A DNA stretch of 64,000 bases, taken from the NCBI GenBank assembly GCA_010909165.1, contig MU008165.1, positions 186,001 through 250,000 of the forward strand. Direction: 5' to 3'. This document shows positions 36,328 to 48,628 of this stretch, in pieces (within the stretch, counting starts at the first letter, position 1; each line of letters begins with the position of its first letter). The position numbers and the translations under genes are program-made. Source of the DNA: Anthoceros angustus (taxonomy: Eukaryota; Plantae; Anthocerotophyta). The notes beneath the pieces are model-generated. The model was not told the origin of the DNA. It searched no databases and worked only from the letters and a program-made list of their open reading frames with translations.

Positions 36328-37192
36328 ATGGCGGGCAGAGGCGCGGGGGCCACTTACGCAGTTGCAAGTGCAGATTTGTCATCCAAGGCGGGTCCTCCTG
36401 TCCTGCTTTCCCCTGATGGCACCAGGCTGGACGGCCGAGCACCCAGGGAGTGCCGCACAGCCTGTGAGAAACTGCATTCTAGGGTTGTGTGATTTCCTTC
36501 TGTTGCCTTCCGAATTGCTGCAACACAGCGTCGATCTGTTTCAGATTGTCTGATGGAGATCGGTTTGATGGGCAGTTATGCAGGTAGGAGCGGTGAGTGG
36601 AGCTGCGGGATCGGGATATGTGGAGCTCGGGGAGACGAAGGTGATTGTGTCTGTGTTCGGCCCGAGGGAGAGCAAGAAGGCGCAGGCGTTCAGCGACCAG
36701 GGCCGGTTGAACTGTGCTGTTGAGTGCACTTCCTTTGCCACTTCTACTAGGGGAAAGGCGAGCCAGGACAAAGAGCTCTCGAGTCTGTTGCACAAAGCGC
36801 TGGAGGGGGCCGTGCAGGTGCACACGTTTCCGAAGACCACGGTGGATGTGTTTGCGTTGATTCTGCAGTCGGGAGGTGGCGAATTGCCTGCACTCATTTC
36901 CTGCGCCTCCCTGGCCTTGGCGGATGCTGGCATTGGTATGAATGACCTGGTGACGGCCGTCTCGGCGAGCTGCGTGGGGCAACAGCTGCTACTGGATTCT
37001 ACGGCGCAAGAGGAGAGGTGGGAGGATGGTGGCATGACTCTGGCTTACATGCCCTCGCGAAACGAGATCACGTATTTCCATCTTACAGGGGAATGGAGCG
37101 GCCAGAGGGCATCAGAGTCGATGGAACTATGCCTGGATGCCTGCAGGAAGCTGGCTGGAGTCTTGACGGTTTGCCTGAAAGAGAGCGAGTAA
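36328..37192 (+). CDS. RRP41L: Exosome RNase PH-like subunit RRP41L/MTR3, 2 exons
   Basis: Exon 1 MAGRGAG...RLDGRAPRECRTA; exon 2 FMQVGAVSGAAGSGYVELGETKVIVSVFGPRESKKA...LHKALEGAV...FPKTTVDVFALILQSGG...CASLALADAGI. Confidence 0.93.
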
Positions 37193-39588
37193 CTATTTGG
37201 CTCACTGAGGACTGTTTTTGCGAACTTCATTTGTCTCCGATCGGGGTTCAATCGTTAGGCCAGCATTCGGACTCGCTGTTTGTCCAGAAATGGAAGCTTG
37301 GAAAGGAAGTTGTAGCGACCAGGAGCACGGAAAACCGAACCCAAGGAAGTACCAGCGGCATGTGCATGTGCAGGGCATTAGAAATGCTTAGGATTCCCTT
37401 CATAGCTTGCAAGTCTCGAGAGTCATTTGGCTCACGCTCATTGTTAGCCTCCATGGCTTTGTTCTATCGGCCTGAGGCACAGTTCCTTGAACTCTTCATT
37501 CACGTTTTCCTCCTTGCTGGGGTTAGTTTCCATGGCCTCTGTTACGAGCTCGTCCGGTTCATTATTCACATTCCCCCTTCAAAGACATCAGACTGTACGC
37601 TTTTGAGCTTGTCACTCCTTTATTCGATTTCACTCTCAGTCGTCGCCGACAAGATGGGCACACAGGCGCCGTGGAGGAAACTACTTCTGAACTCCATGGA
37701 TAGCAACGCCCACTTGAAGCACAGCAAGTGGTTTCAGCTGGTATATCCGGGCAACTTCCTTCACCATCTCTTCTCTATACGGAAGCATCTGCGCACCCTG
37801 CTAACGTGTGGTTTGATGATTTGAGATCTTGTGGTTTGATGATGTGAGATCAGGCCACTGTTAGGCCGGATGGAAAGCCTGCCAACCGAACTGTGGTGTT
37901 CAGGTGTGTCACGGATTGTGAGAGTGATCATGTTGAGGTAGTGGGTATCTTTGTCGCTGCAACGGCCCTATTGATGTAGAAATCCGGCTGAAATGTAGAG
38001 GGTTCGTAGACGGCACCGATAAGCTACAATTCACCACAGATTCCCGAACCGCGAAGGTAAGAAAGTCCCATCCCCAATCCCTCGTCACTTGCACCGTCAG
38101 GAGCTTTACTCTGTGGCTGGGTCATTTGCTATTCCACCCACAAACTCGGTATTTTTCAGGTAGACCAAATTAAGGCTCACAACTACGGTGAGGTATGCTC
38201 CTGCAACCGGGACCACAAACACGTTTCTTTGGAATTCTCTGCCACTACCGCTGACACCGGGGCCTCCAGATATGTTGGTACTTCACAGATTCTTGGGAAC
38301 AGTTTCGTCTCCTCGGTGTGCTTGATATCATCGACAGCACAACAACCGACCCCACAAGGATTTCGGTACTTCCTGTCGCTCTCCTGAACTGAACATCTGA
38401 TACGTCTGGAGCAATCTCTAACTTTTTTGAAGTGTTAGATTGCGAGTGCATGCTGCTCTCAAACTGCATGAATGTTCTTTGACGACATGCAGCTGCGGGA
38501 AAAAGTCTGGTTCGAAAGCTCGCCGAAATCCAGATCTCAGTTTGCAGGTCCACACCCCAGGCTACCCTGGATAGAGAGCAGTCCTGGCCCAGAAGTTCAA
38601 TCCGACCAAGGGCCGTTAGATACATTTTGTCTCGTCACTCTGGAACCAGAGGAGGTACATATGTGACTTACTTTGTTGTCACTGCTACCTATTAATATCT
38701 TGTCCATGGCTAAAACTGCTGGCACTGCTCCTGTATTTTGCAGGTTGACTACCTGCATTTGAAGGAGAACAAGAGGGTCGTCTACAGTAGGTTAGTACAA
38801 GGAGTTGATCAGAGTGTGAACTGGAAGGACGAGAGTGTGAATCCCTGACATCTTCCAGTTGACATAGCTGTGATGGGCGGCCTGGAGAACTTGTCTTTGC
38901 CCGCTTGGTTTGAAACGACGTCTCATGGAAGCCGGAGGTGTCATACTGCGTCATGGTGTAGGGTTTTGAGAATCGTTCTTTTGACTGATTTGCGGTGCTT
39001 TCCATCAGTGTAAACCCTTGGAAGGCTAATGTTCTATTTGCTACACTGTAGGGGCCTTCGAGCATGTGGACTGTGTAGCACAATTTTGAACCTTTGGAAT
39101 CGCATTGTGTTAGGCACATTTGTTGAAAATCGTGACGGAGCATGCATCTTTTACTCCACAAGGTGACCCGAGAAACTGCTTGCAAACTGGATGACAAGCT
39201 GCAAATCGTTCCGTTTTATCGGTAACAACCTTTTCCTCTTCACGCTTCTTTCTGTGCTGCAGCAGACTCTAGTAATTCAAAGATCAAGAAACACCAGCAC
39301 AGAGATTTGTTGAATTAATAACAAATGTGATGTCATGTCGGCCAGGTATGCTGATACCGTGGCAGCCTGGTTTGCCTTCTTTACCCACCTTACAGTGGAA
39401 TACAAGCTACATTGGATAGACATACTAGGTAGTATGTACTACTTGGGTGCAGGTTTCCTTCCAAATTTAGGTAACGGCATATGTTACCGAAGGGGTACTA
39501 CGTATCTACAAATTCTAGAATACAAATTTGGCCGGTTTCCAAACAATTTTTGCTGGGCTAAATTGGGAAAGAATCCAATCCACTTTGG

Positions 39589-41878
39589 TTACCTGGGAGG
39601 TTGTCGTCGACTGGTTGGCGAGTCTATCGATCCTGATTCGACACCCACAGGCGAGTCCACCGACATGGAGATACTGCGAGACTCATAGGACACAGAGCCC
39701 GAGGACGAGGTGTCCAAGGAGTCCTCCAATGTGCCTGCATCGGAGCCACTGAAAGGCTGAGATAGTTCCATGGAGTCCTCCACATTAGGTGGGCTCCCTG
39801 GTAGGGCTAATGTTTTTGCGTCGACAACGTGTGCTACGATAACAGTGATATCGTCCAGCTTTCCTCCTGCAGAGATGTGTCGCGTATGTCAGCAGGCAAT
39901 ATGAGCGACATAACTGCAACAGCAAAGAGGCTTCAACGATACCAGTCAGCTTCTGTCCCAGGATCTTCTTCCAGAACGGCACGTCGATCCCCTGCGCAAC
40001 ATTTGCTAAGTGAGACGAACAACTACAGATGACAGGATGCCATGGGTATGGAGATGGGAAATAGGGCTAGGGTTAGGGTTAGCCGGCAGCGAACCTGGGC
40101 AATTGCTTCCCGGGTGTACGGAGACTCATATTTTTCGTCCCTGGAATGCCTGTAGGCAAGTGATGCTAGAGCCATGGCTGTGGGTAACAGCAGGTGGTGT
40201 CAGGATAGGACGTAGGCAGCTAACACAGAAGAGCTGAAGACTCTGGTTCGTGCTGGCTCGTGATGTGGAGTGCAAATTACCAGTGGTCTGAGCAGAGTCT
40301 TTGTCTTTGCCAGAAGACCTGTTGACAAAGTATTCGATGTCTCGATCGTAGACATTGTCGAACAGCCCATCTGATCCCAGCACAATCGTGTCCCCTTGTC
40401 TTGCGGGAAGATGGTATACCTGGCATTCATGAACATTGCGTGTCACAATTTTCAGTCGGTAAACACGCCGGCCGCAGTCACAGACAAAACCACCAAGGAG
40501 GGCCCACATACCGCAGCATCGGCGGCTGATTGAGCACCAGCAGCAGAGCTGAACTGGTAGGGACAATCGAAATAGTGCTGTTGTGGTGCTGTCCCAAACA
40601 CCACGCGGCCTGCCGGCATCCACACAAACATCTTTCAACAGTGACAGGCCGAAAAGCATGACAGCATCAACACACAGCACATAACCAGAACACCAGTGGA
40701 GAAATACGGACGCACCATCGCGGACTACTCGAAGCCCACAATCCCCCAAATTTGCTATGTGCAGCGTTCCCTTTTTTTCAAGGGCAGCCACACAACTGCA
40801 TGCCACAAGAAATTCAGCACCAATCTTGGAACGAGAACAGATGAAGCACATCTGTCCTGTCTACTCACACTGTTGCCGCACCAATCGACTTGGTAGCTTG
40901 ATGCGCCTTCCGGAGCAGAGCCCTTGGGTCTCTGGCATCCTGAAGCCAGACCACACTAGACCCATTTCAGCAAGGCCATCACTGCCTATCTGCACCACCC
41001 TCCGGAGCCCATGACGATCTGCCAGAAAGTAACCCACCTGTCCAGATGCCAGCAACTCCGACGCATGTGCCACAAACTCCCTGGAGAACAGGGCCGGATC
41101 AACGTTCTCCTCGGCCCACCTGGCATCCATCCCACGCCTTGTCAAAACCTCGATTCAAGATTCAACCCGACGCCAGCAGCAGCGCAACCCAGTTCAGTAA
41201 CCACCGAAAACTGACCCGGACACACCATCAGCCACGCCAATAACACCACCCCCACAATCGCTCACAAAGTAAGCGTCCTCCCCACCCTTCTCCACCTGCC
41301 CAGAGACAAAAATAAATCCAAACCGCGAGAACCCGTCAGAACCCAATTCCACATCCACGCCATGGTCACTCACATTCACAACAAAGAAAAAACGTATCCG
41401 CTCGGGCACACCTTCTTCGGATGCGGAATCACTTCAACACCCACCGCCAGCGCAAGCTCCACCCTGCACGCCTCCCTCGTCTCGTGTCAGCCAAACACGA
41501 AAAACCCACCACACCAAACACAAAACCCACCACGACGCGCCTCCCTGCTGCAACAAAGACACAGTATTCCCACGACCCAACATCCCCGACACCGCAAATC
41601 CGACCCCACCTCAGAGCGCCCACCGCAGCATCACTCTCCAGCGCCAGCGCAGCGCTGGGCCGCAGCCTCCTGCGACGCCGCTGCCCCGATCCCCCGGCCA
41701 ATCGCAGCATATGGGGCCGCAACAGAAACACCCCGCAAGAGCAATCCACAGACGCAGACCGCTCAGCCCGCGGGCGGCCCGGCCTGCCGGCCCCCATCCT
41801 ACCCTCCTCCGATCCCTGCTCGCCCGCAGCGCCCTGCACCCAAGCCGCGGCAGCAGCAGCAGCGCGGTCAGCCGCCAT
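39589..41878 (-). CDS. PBCP: PP2C/PPTC7-type phosphatase, PBCP (photosystem II core phosphatase)-like, multi-exon, with a Ser-rich C-terminal tail
   Basis: VIPHPKK|VEKGGEDAYFV...GVADGVSG|WAEENVDPALFSRE; ANLGDCGLRVVR; QQHYFDCPYQ; IVLGSDGLFDNV; YESPYTREAIAQ|GIDVPFWKKILGQKLT|GGKLDDITVIVAHVV. The WKKILGQKLTGGKLDD segment matches remembered PBCP (At2g30170). The start codon is tentative. Confidence 0.85.
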
Positions 41879-42869
41879 GCCACAATTTCCCCGATGCCAC
41901 CCTCGCACCGGCTACCGCCATTCAGGCACCACCACCTGCTTCCGCCGCTGCTGCTGCCTCTTCCGCTCCAGCGCCGAGGCCTCTACCGGAGAGGCCATAG
42001 CCAAAGCTCCACCAGACGGAACTCGACTGACACGATCACCTTGGGCTGCAGCTGGAGCTGCTGCTCCCAATCCCGGGCGCGCCGTGGCTCCATTCGCGGC
42101 CCGGGACGTGTCAGAGGCGAGGAAGAATGAAGGGAAAGGGCCAGAGCCGGCGGCCATGGCCTCGGAGCCTGCTTGTGCCGGCGCTTGCTGCGCAAGCCCC
42201 GCGCGGAGGCACTGCAGGCGGGCGCAAGGAGGGAAGCCAATGGGGGGGGAACCGGGCTCTTTGAATAATCACAGCTGTGTGGCCCCGCATGTTCCCAGCC
42301 GCAAACCCGGGCCCGCTTTCGCCGTTTCAACCAATTTTTTGGGCCCCGGCAGGAACCTCGGGGTTCGGATCGTGAACGTGCTGTAGCTGGAGCTACAACA
42401 CCTGCTATACCTGCTGCACCTGCACCTTTCGTACACTCCTCCCTTTACATCATCTCCACACTGTACCCTTGCTCCTCTGCCCGCTTCCAACCAACCCAGA
42501 TCCGACACATTGGCTCTGCACACGCCTCCTTCACATTACTCAATCCTTATTCATCGTTCCGTGCAGATTTTTGTCCGAAGCCCCTGCAGCATGGATTGCC
42601 ATGCCTCAATATCATACTAACTTGCAATCTAGGCCACAGTGCATGGATGCATGGTAGATATACTCTTGATACATGTGCTCGATTATTTATAATCCTCGAC
42701 TGGAACCCCAAGGATGTGGGGTAATTTTGTACGTATGTCACGGGTGATGAAAGCATCTCTAGAATTTTATATTTGTTGTTTGTGGCAGTCCTTAAAGGTC
42801 ATTTCTCCATGGAAACTATAAAAACTCATATGTACTTTACTTGAGTAGATATTCTATATAGAAGAAAAG

Positions 42870-43480
42870 AAGACTTCATTATAAAAAGAGATGGAAAAAC
42901 CCATCCACCCCAAAACGAAGGGGAAAAACCCAACGTAGGGCACCATGCTAGTGGCACTAGCCTCACGATCACGCATTTCAAAACTACCAACCGTCCGAAG
43001 AACTTCGTAGTCGGGGATGTGAAAAGGGCTACTACCACCAGTGTCGAGCTGCATCCCCACGCTCGTTGTCGGAGCTGCATCCCCACGCTCGTTGTCGTTC
43101 TGTACACGCGATGGCCAACGCCCTCACGATCACGCATTTCAAAACTACCAACCGTCCGAAGAACTTCGTAGTCGGGGATGTGAAAAGGGCTCTACCACCA
43201 GTGTCGGAGCTGCATCCCCACGCTCGTTGTCGGAGCTGCATCCCCACGCTCGTTGTCGTTCTGTACACTGCGATGGCCAACGCCCTCTGCAGAGCAATGA
43301 AAACCTCCTCACGGAAGAAAGCAACAATACAAGAAAGGGGAGGCTAAGGTCATTCTTGCGGCTGTGATAAGCCTTGGTGGAGGCCTTGACAAACTTAGAG
43401 AAATCCTTGCCATGCCTCCATGAGTCTCAATGGCAAGGGGACGTAAGGTGTGGCCATCCGTTCTATATAGAAGTGACAAA
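42870..43480 (-). mobile_element. 3' fragment of a CRE-like (restriction-like endonuclease) non-LTR retrotransposon, with internal sub-duplications
   Basis: Encodes ...PLAIETHGGM... and is homologous to 44495-44935 and 52340-52790. It contains ~26-28 bp GTCGGAGCTGCATCCCCACGCTCGTT repeats. Confidence 0.6.
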
Positions 43481-44494
43481 CGGATAAGGAGCAAAGTACA
43501 TAAAAGACAACGTAATTTGCTGGGCTCTTAGGAGCTATTTTCAAACTGGAGTTGTTGTCATGCTAAGAGCATTGCTCAGTTTCAACTTTCAACTCTAGAA
43601 GTTTGTACTATTTTCCTTTGCTCTTCTCTTCTACCAACATGTCTTGATCTATTTTTCTCTTCTTGCCAATATGTATTGATATTCTTTTCTCTTCTTGCCA
43701 ATATGTCTTGATCTGCTTTTCTCTTCTTATATCTTACTCTATTTTCCTCTCACTCAGATTCTCGAGTTGAGAGAACTTGCATCTTGCTTGTCTGCTTGTG
43801 CCGGCGCTTGCTGCGTGCCCCGCGCGGAGGCACTGCAGGCGGGCGCAAGGAGGGAAGCCAATGGGGGAACCGGCTCTTTGAATAATCACAGCTGTGTGGC
43901 CCCGCATGTTCCCAGCCGCAAACCCGGGCCCGCTTTCGCCGTTTCAACCAATTTTTTGGGCCCCGGCAGGAACCTCGGGGTTCGGATCGTGAACGTGCTG
44001 TAGCTGGAGCTACAACACCTGCTATACCTGCTGCACCTGCACCTTTCGTACACTCCTCCCTTTACATCATCTCCACACTGTACCCTTGCTCCTCTGCCCG
44101 CTTCCAACCAACCCAGATCCGACACATTGGCTCTGCACACGCCTCCTTCACATTACTCAATCCTTATTCATCGTTCCGTGCAGATTTTTTGTCCGAAGCC
44201 CCCTGCAGCATGGATTGCCATGCCCTCAATATCATACTAACTTGCAATCTAGGCCACAGTGCATGGATGCATGGTAGATATACTCTTGATACATGTGCTC
44301 GATTATTTATAATCCTCGACTGGAACCCCAAGGATGTGGGGTAATTTTTGTACGTATGTCACGGGTGATGAAAGCATCTCTAGAATTTTATATTTGTTGT
44401 TTGTGGCAGTCCTTAAAGGTCATTTCTCCATGGAAACTATAAAAACTCATATGTACTTTACTTGAGTAGATATTCTATATAGAAGAAAAAGAAG

Positions 44495-44966
44495 ACTTCA
44501 TTATAAAAAAGAGATGGGAAAAACCCATCCACCCCAAAAACGAAGGGGGAAAAACCCAACGTAGGGCACCATGCTAGTGGCACTAGCCCTCACGATCACG
44601 CATTTCAAAACTACCAACCGTCCGAAGAACTTCGTAGTCGGGGATGTGAAAAGGGCTACTTACCACCAGTGTCGGAGCTGCATCCCCCACGCTCGTTGTC
44701 GGAGCTGCATCCCCCACGCTCGTTGTCGTTCTGTACACTGCGATGGCCAACGCCCTCTGCAGAGCAATGAAAACCCTCCGCCGGAAGAAAGCAACAATAC
44801 AAGAAAGGGGGAGGCCAAGGTCATTCTTGCGGCTGTGATAAGCCTTGGTGGAGGCCTTGACAAACCTAGAGAAATCCTTGCCCATGCCTCCATGAGTCTC
44901 AATGGCAAGGGGGACGAAGGTGTGGCCATCCGTTCTATATAGAAGTGACAAACGGATAAGGAGCAA
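44495..44966 (-). mobile_element. 3' fragment of a CRE-like non-LTR retrotransposon (second copy, inside the tandem duplication)
   Basis: ORF 44583-44966 reads GHTFVPLAIETHGGMGKDFSRFVK...FFRRRVFIALQRALAIAVY, typical of the C-terminal end of RLE-type non-LTR ORFs. Confidence 0.65.
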
Positions 44967-45965
44967 AGTACATAAAAGACAACGTAATTTGCTGGGCTCT
45001 TAGGAGCTATTTTCAAACTGGAGTTGTTGTCATGCTAAGAGCATTGCTCGCCAACTTTCAACTCTAGAAGTTTGTACTATTTTCCTTTGCTCTTCTCTTC
45101 TACCAACATGTCTTGATCTATTTTTCTCTTCTTGCCAATATGTATTGATATTCTTTTCTCTTCTTGCCAATATGTCTTGATCTGCTTTTCTCTTCTTATA
45201 TCTTACTCTATTTTTCTCCTCTTCAGCCTGTATCTCTGAGTTGAGAGAACTTGCATCTTGCTTGTCTGCTTGTGATAGGAACATAGCCTCTTCACTTTTA
45301 ATTTGTAATTGCGCGCTTCTACTCATGAGCTTGGTTGTCTTGTTCATTGCTCCCAATCACGGACATTGTGATAGATGGTTACATTAATAAGATGTAAGCC
45401 ATGTAAAAATATAAATAGAAATAGGGTGTTTTTAATAGGATTAATACTCAGATAACAAGACGATGTGTCAAACGTGGCCGCAGCCGTAATCGGGCCATGA
45501 CCGGATAAGGTTTACCTTGATATGACGTAGCAACCCTAGTTGGCGACGAGGGACTAAGTGCCACTTAACTGCAATAAGTAACCCAAGGCTAGAATAAATA
45601 AGGGGGCCAGGGGAAATAAAGACACGATTGTCAGCTGCAAGAATTTTGTCTGTTTCAACTCGCATCAGAGCTAATCCAAGCTGTGCGGGTTTGGATAGAG
45701 CCATCCGAAGTGAAAAGGTCGGTGTGACAATGCAAATGTGGCATGGAGAGTCTTGAAATGCATGTGCATTCAGGACCAGTAGGCGCAAATAGAAACATCA
45801 TTTGCTTAAAATCTTTGCATACTTGTGGATGTGTGGAGTGCCAAATCCGATGTCCGTACTCCTGGCGACTTGTCTTAGGCTTGTTTTGTTTTGGGTCAGC
45901 ATCGTTAAGAGGATAGGGAAGAGTTAGCCAATAAGGTCAGGCATGATTGCACTAGTGTGCAATCC

Positions 45966-46760
45966 TTAGACTAGGTCTGTCCGGCGAGTCCGACGGTGGT
46001 CTCCGGCGTAGGTCTGACGTGGTCTGCCCGGCGAGGTCTGATGGTGGTCTGCCCGGCGTAGGTCTGGATGGGTGGTCTGCCCGCGAGGTTCGATGGGTGG
46101 TTGCCCGTAGGTCTGGGTCTCCCAGGTCGATGGGTGGTCTGCCCGGGTGAAGTCAGGTGGTCTGCCGGCAGGGTCTGATGGTGGTCTGCCCGCGTAGGTC
46201 GGATGGGTGGTCTGCCCGGCAGGGTTCGATGGTGGTCTGGGCCGAGGTCCGGCGGGTGGTCTGCCCGGCGTAGGGACGGAAAGGGTCTGCCCGGCGAGGT
46301 CGGGAGGGTCTGCCTGCGGTGGTCTGACGGAGGTCTGCCCGTAGGTCTGATGGGTCTGCCCGGGTACGGGTGGTCTGCTCCGGCGAGGTCTGATGGGTGG
46401 TCTGCCCGCGAGGTCTGATGGTGGTCTGCCCGGCGAGGTCTGACGGGTGGTCTGCCCGCGAGGTCGATGGGTGGTCTGCCCGCGAGGGTCACGGGTGGTC
46501 TGCCCGGAGGGTCTGAGGGTGGTCTGCCCGCGTAGGTCTGATGGTGGTCTGCCCGGGCAGGGTCGATGGGTGGTCTGCCGTAGGTCTCGACGGGTGGTCT
46601 GCCCGCGGGCGGGTGGTCTGCCCGCGAGGTCTGACGAGGTCTGCCCGCGAGGTCGAGGGAGGGTCTGCCTGGTAGGTCCGACGGGAGGGTCTGCCCGGCG
46701 AGGTCCGGCGGAGTGGTCTGCCTTGAGAGGTCCGGCGGGTGGTTTAGTTTGGTGGGCATC
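45966..46760. repeat. GC-rich degenerate minisatellite (core GGTGGTCTGCCCG)
   Basis: The core recurs roughly 30 times with variable spacers. Both minus-strand frames stay open as Pro/Arg-rich repeats (GRPPSDLAGQTT). Confidence 0.9.
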
Positions 46761-48628
46761 GCCTGTATGGATCATCGCTTATGGGAAGCTGCAAGAAGTC
46801 CGGCTGTGATGAGCTGTCCCCGTTACCACGACCTAGTTAGGGTACATACATATGGTGGTTACATACATACATAGGCGGGTTAGGTTAGGTATGGGGAGTA
46901 TATAGGAAGGCCTCGGCGCCCAAGACGGCAGACTATCCCGGGTACTATCTTCGCGCCCGTGTGCTCTTGCCTTCGTGTGCTCGAGGCGCGAGTGAGTTCC
47001 TACGCCACCGCAAGGTGATTAATTGGTGGTAGAGGGATGTGTTGAGCTCGCGTGACGAGCTCCGCCAACACGCTTGATGGGTGTAGACTGGGACGGACTG
47101 AGCTGTGGGAGGTGCTCGCGGTGAATTCTGTGCGAGACTAACCTTGGAGGCCGAACGGAGGCGTGGAGTTGCAGGCGAAGTCACCGCAACGTGAAGGCCT
47201 GAGGGATTAGGAGGCGCTTTGGGTGACTCGGGCGGAAGCAATCCTTGGAGGCCGGAACGGAGGTCGGAGTTGCAGGCCGCAAGTCACTTCCGTAACGGAA
47301 GGGCCTGAGGGATTAGAGGTGCTGGGGGGTGACTCGGGCGAAGCCATCCTTGGAGGCCGGGAATGGAGGCCGGGGTTGCAGTCGCAGCTACTTACTCCGC
47401 AACGTGAAGGCACGGAAGGCAAAGGCGGCTGGTGAATACATCGGGCGTGTTGGTGTTGTGACTACCACCGGTGATGAATAAGAGAGGAGGGTCGCGGCGG
47501 CGGTGTAAAGGAGGTGGAGTTAGCCGGATGTAGTTGAGGAGCGCGGGGAGAGTACGAGATCGATGGAGGAACGCGGCCGCTAAACTGCTCCGGTAATCGG
47601 AGAAACCCGGGTGGGGTTTGGGAAGGTCCGGTACGCGCTGCCCGTCCGACGAGTGGAGGGGCACACCTTAGGTTGTGAGCCACGACCCAACATGATGAAG
47701 TCCGCTCGAGTAGGGTCAGAGCTCAGTGCATAATAAGCACGAGACCATTCCGTGGAACGAACCCTTACTAACGACACGGATTGTGCGCCCACCGTCACAA
47801 GAAAAGTCGCGCCTACGTGGATGCCGTACGAAGTGCATGTTGACTTGGTTTTGCGAATCGTGGATGATCTAAGAAAAGTGGTATCTAACCAAGGTTGATC
47901 AGCTAGCGCAAATATGTCGCTAACAAAATCGCAGTAGTCCGAGGCAATTTCATGGTGATCAAGATGCCAATCGGGCACGCCTACAACGACACGGATTGTG
48001 CGCTACCGTCACAAGAAAAGTCGCGCCCAGATGCCGCACGGCGAAGTATGTTGACTTGGTTTTGCGCGAATCTGGTGGATGATCTAAGAAAAGTGGTATC
48101 TAACCAAGGTTGATCAGGCTAGCCTGCAAATATGTCGCGAACAAAATCGGCAGAGTCTGAGGCAATTTCATGGTGATCGAAGATGTCAATTGGCACGGTT
48201 CACAATCAGAATCACATCTAAGAGGCGCCAACGATTGTGGTTCCCGACGATCACCTTAGGCCAACAACACTACTCCCACTAGAATGTAACAAAGTAGGTG
48301 GATTTCCTCACCCTTACCGTGACACTATTTTCTTGTGGGCTGCTGTGATGGATACCATTAGAGGGAAGTTGGCCCAAGCAGAGTTTGAACCATGGACAAA
48401 TCCTAGTGACACACCTACGAATTCCTCTGTCAAGAACTTGAGTTCACACTCACTTTGAGTCTGGACAAAAGGCAAAGCTCAGTTGTAAACGAATCTGCCT
48501 AAACCCTAATACCGATCAACTAGTGGGATCAACACCAGCACCCATGGTGTGTGATAGGTATCGAAACCAGCACCTATGTTACTCATAGGTTACACCAGCA
48601 TTCACCATGGCAGCTAGCCATCGTCACA
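45966..48628 (-). mobile_element. Possible degenerate LTR-retrotransposon 5' part (LTR ~48628-48237, PBS-like TGGCGCC, GC-rich internal region)
   Basis: On the minus strand TGTGACG...CCACA is followed 5 nt later by TGGCGCC. The downstream region has ~120-bp (47160-47410) and ~215-bp (47770-48200) tandem duplications. No RT or integrase motif was seen. Confidence 0.3.

Larger units (their letters stand above)
42169..45274. repeat. Direct tandem duplication of a ~1.5-1.6 kb unit (42169-43791 / 43792-45265) bounded by the 9-bp microhomology CTGCTTGTG
   Basis: Near-identical text in both halves. CTGCTTGTG occurs at 42169, 43792 and 45266. Differences are mostly indels and homopolymer lengths. 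Confidence 0.9.

Noticed and set aside
37018-37824. 268-aa plus-strand ORF overlapping the end of RRP41L
   Set aside because: Out of frame with a well-supported gene, runs through its 3' UTR, and has no motif.
39110-39256. Extra terminal exon for the PBCP-like gene
   Set aside because: The available donor (CCCAG|GTAACC) is phase 2, whereas the coding-looking frame needs phase 0. The upstream frame already ends with TAA at 39589.
41362-42386. Long GC-rich plus-strand ORFs (212 and 321 aa)
   Set aside because: Antisense shadows of the GC-rich first exon and promoter of PBCP; low-complexity translations.
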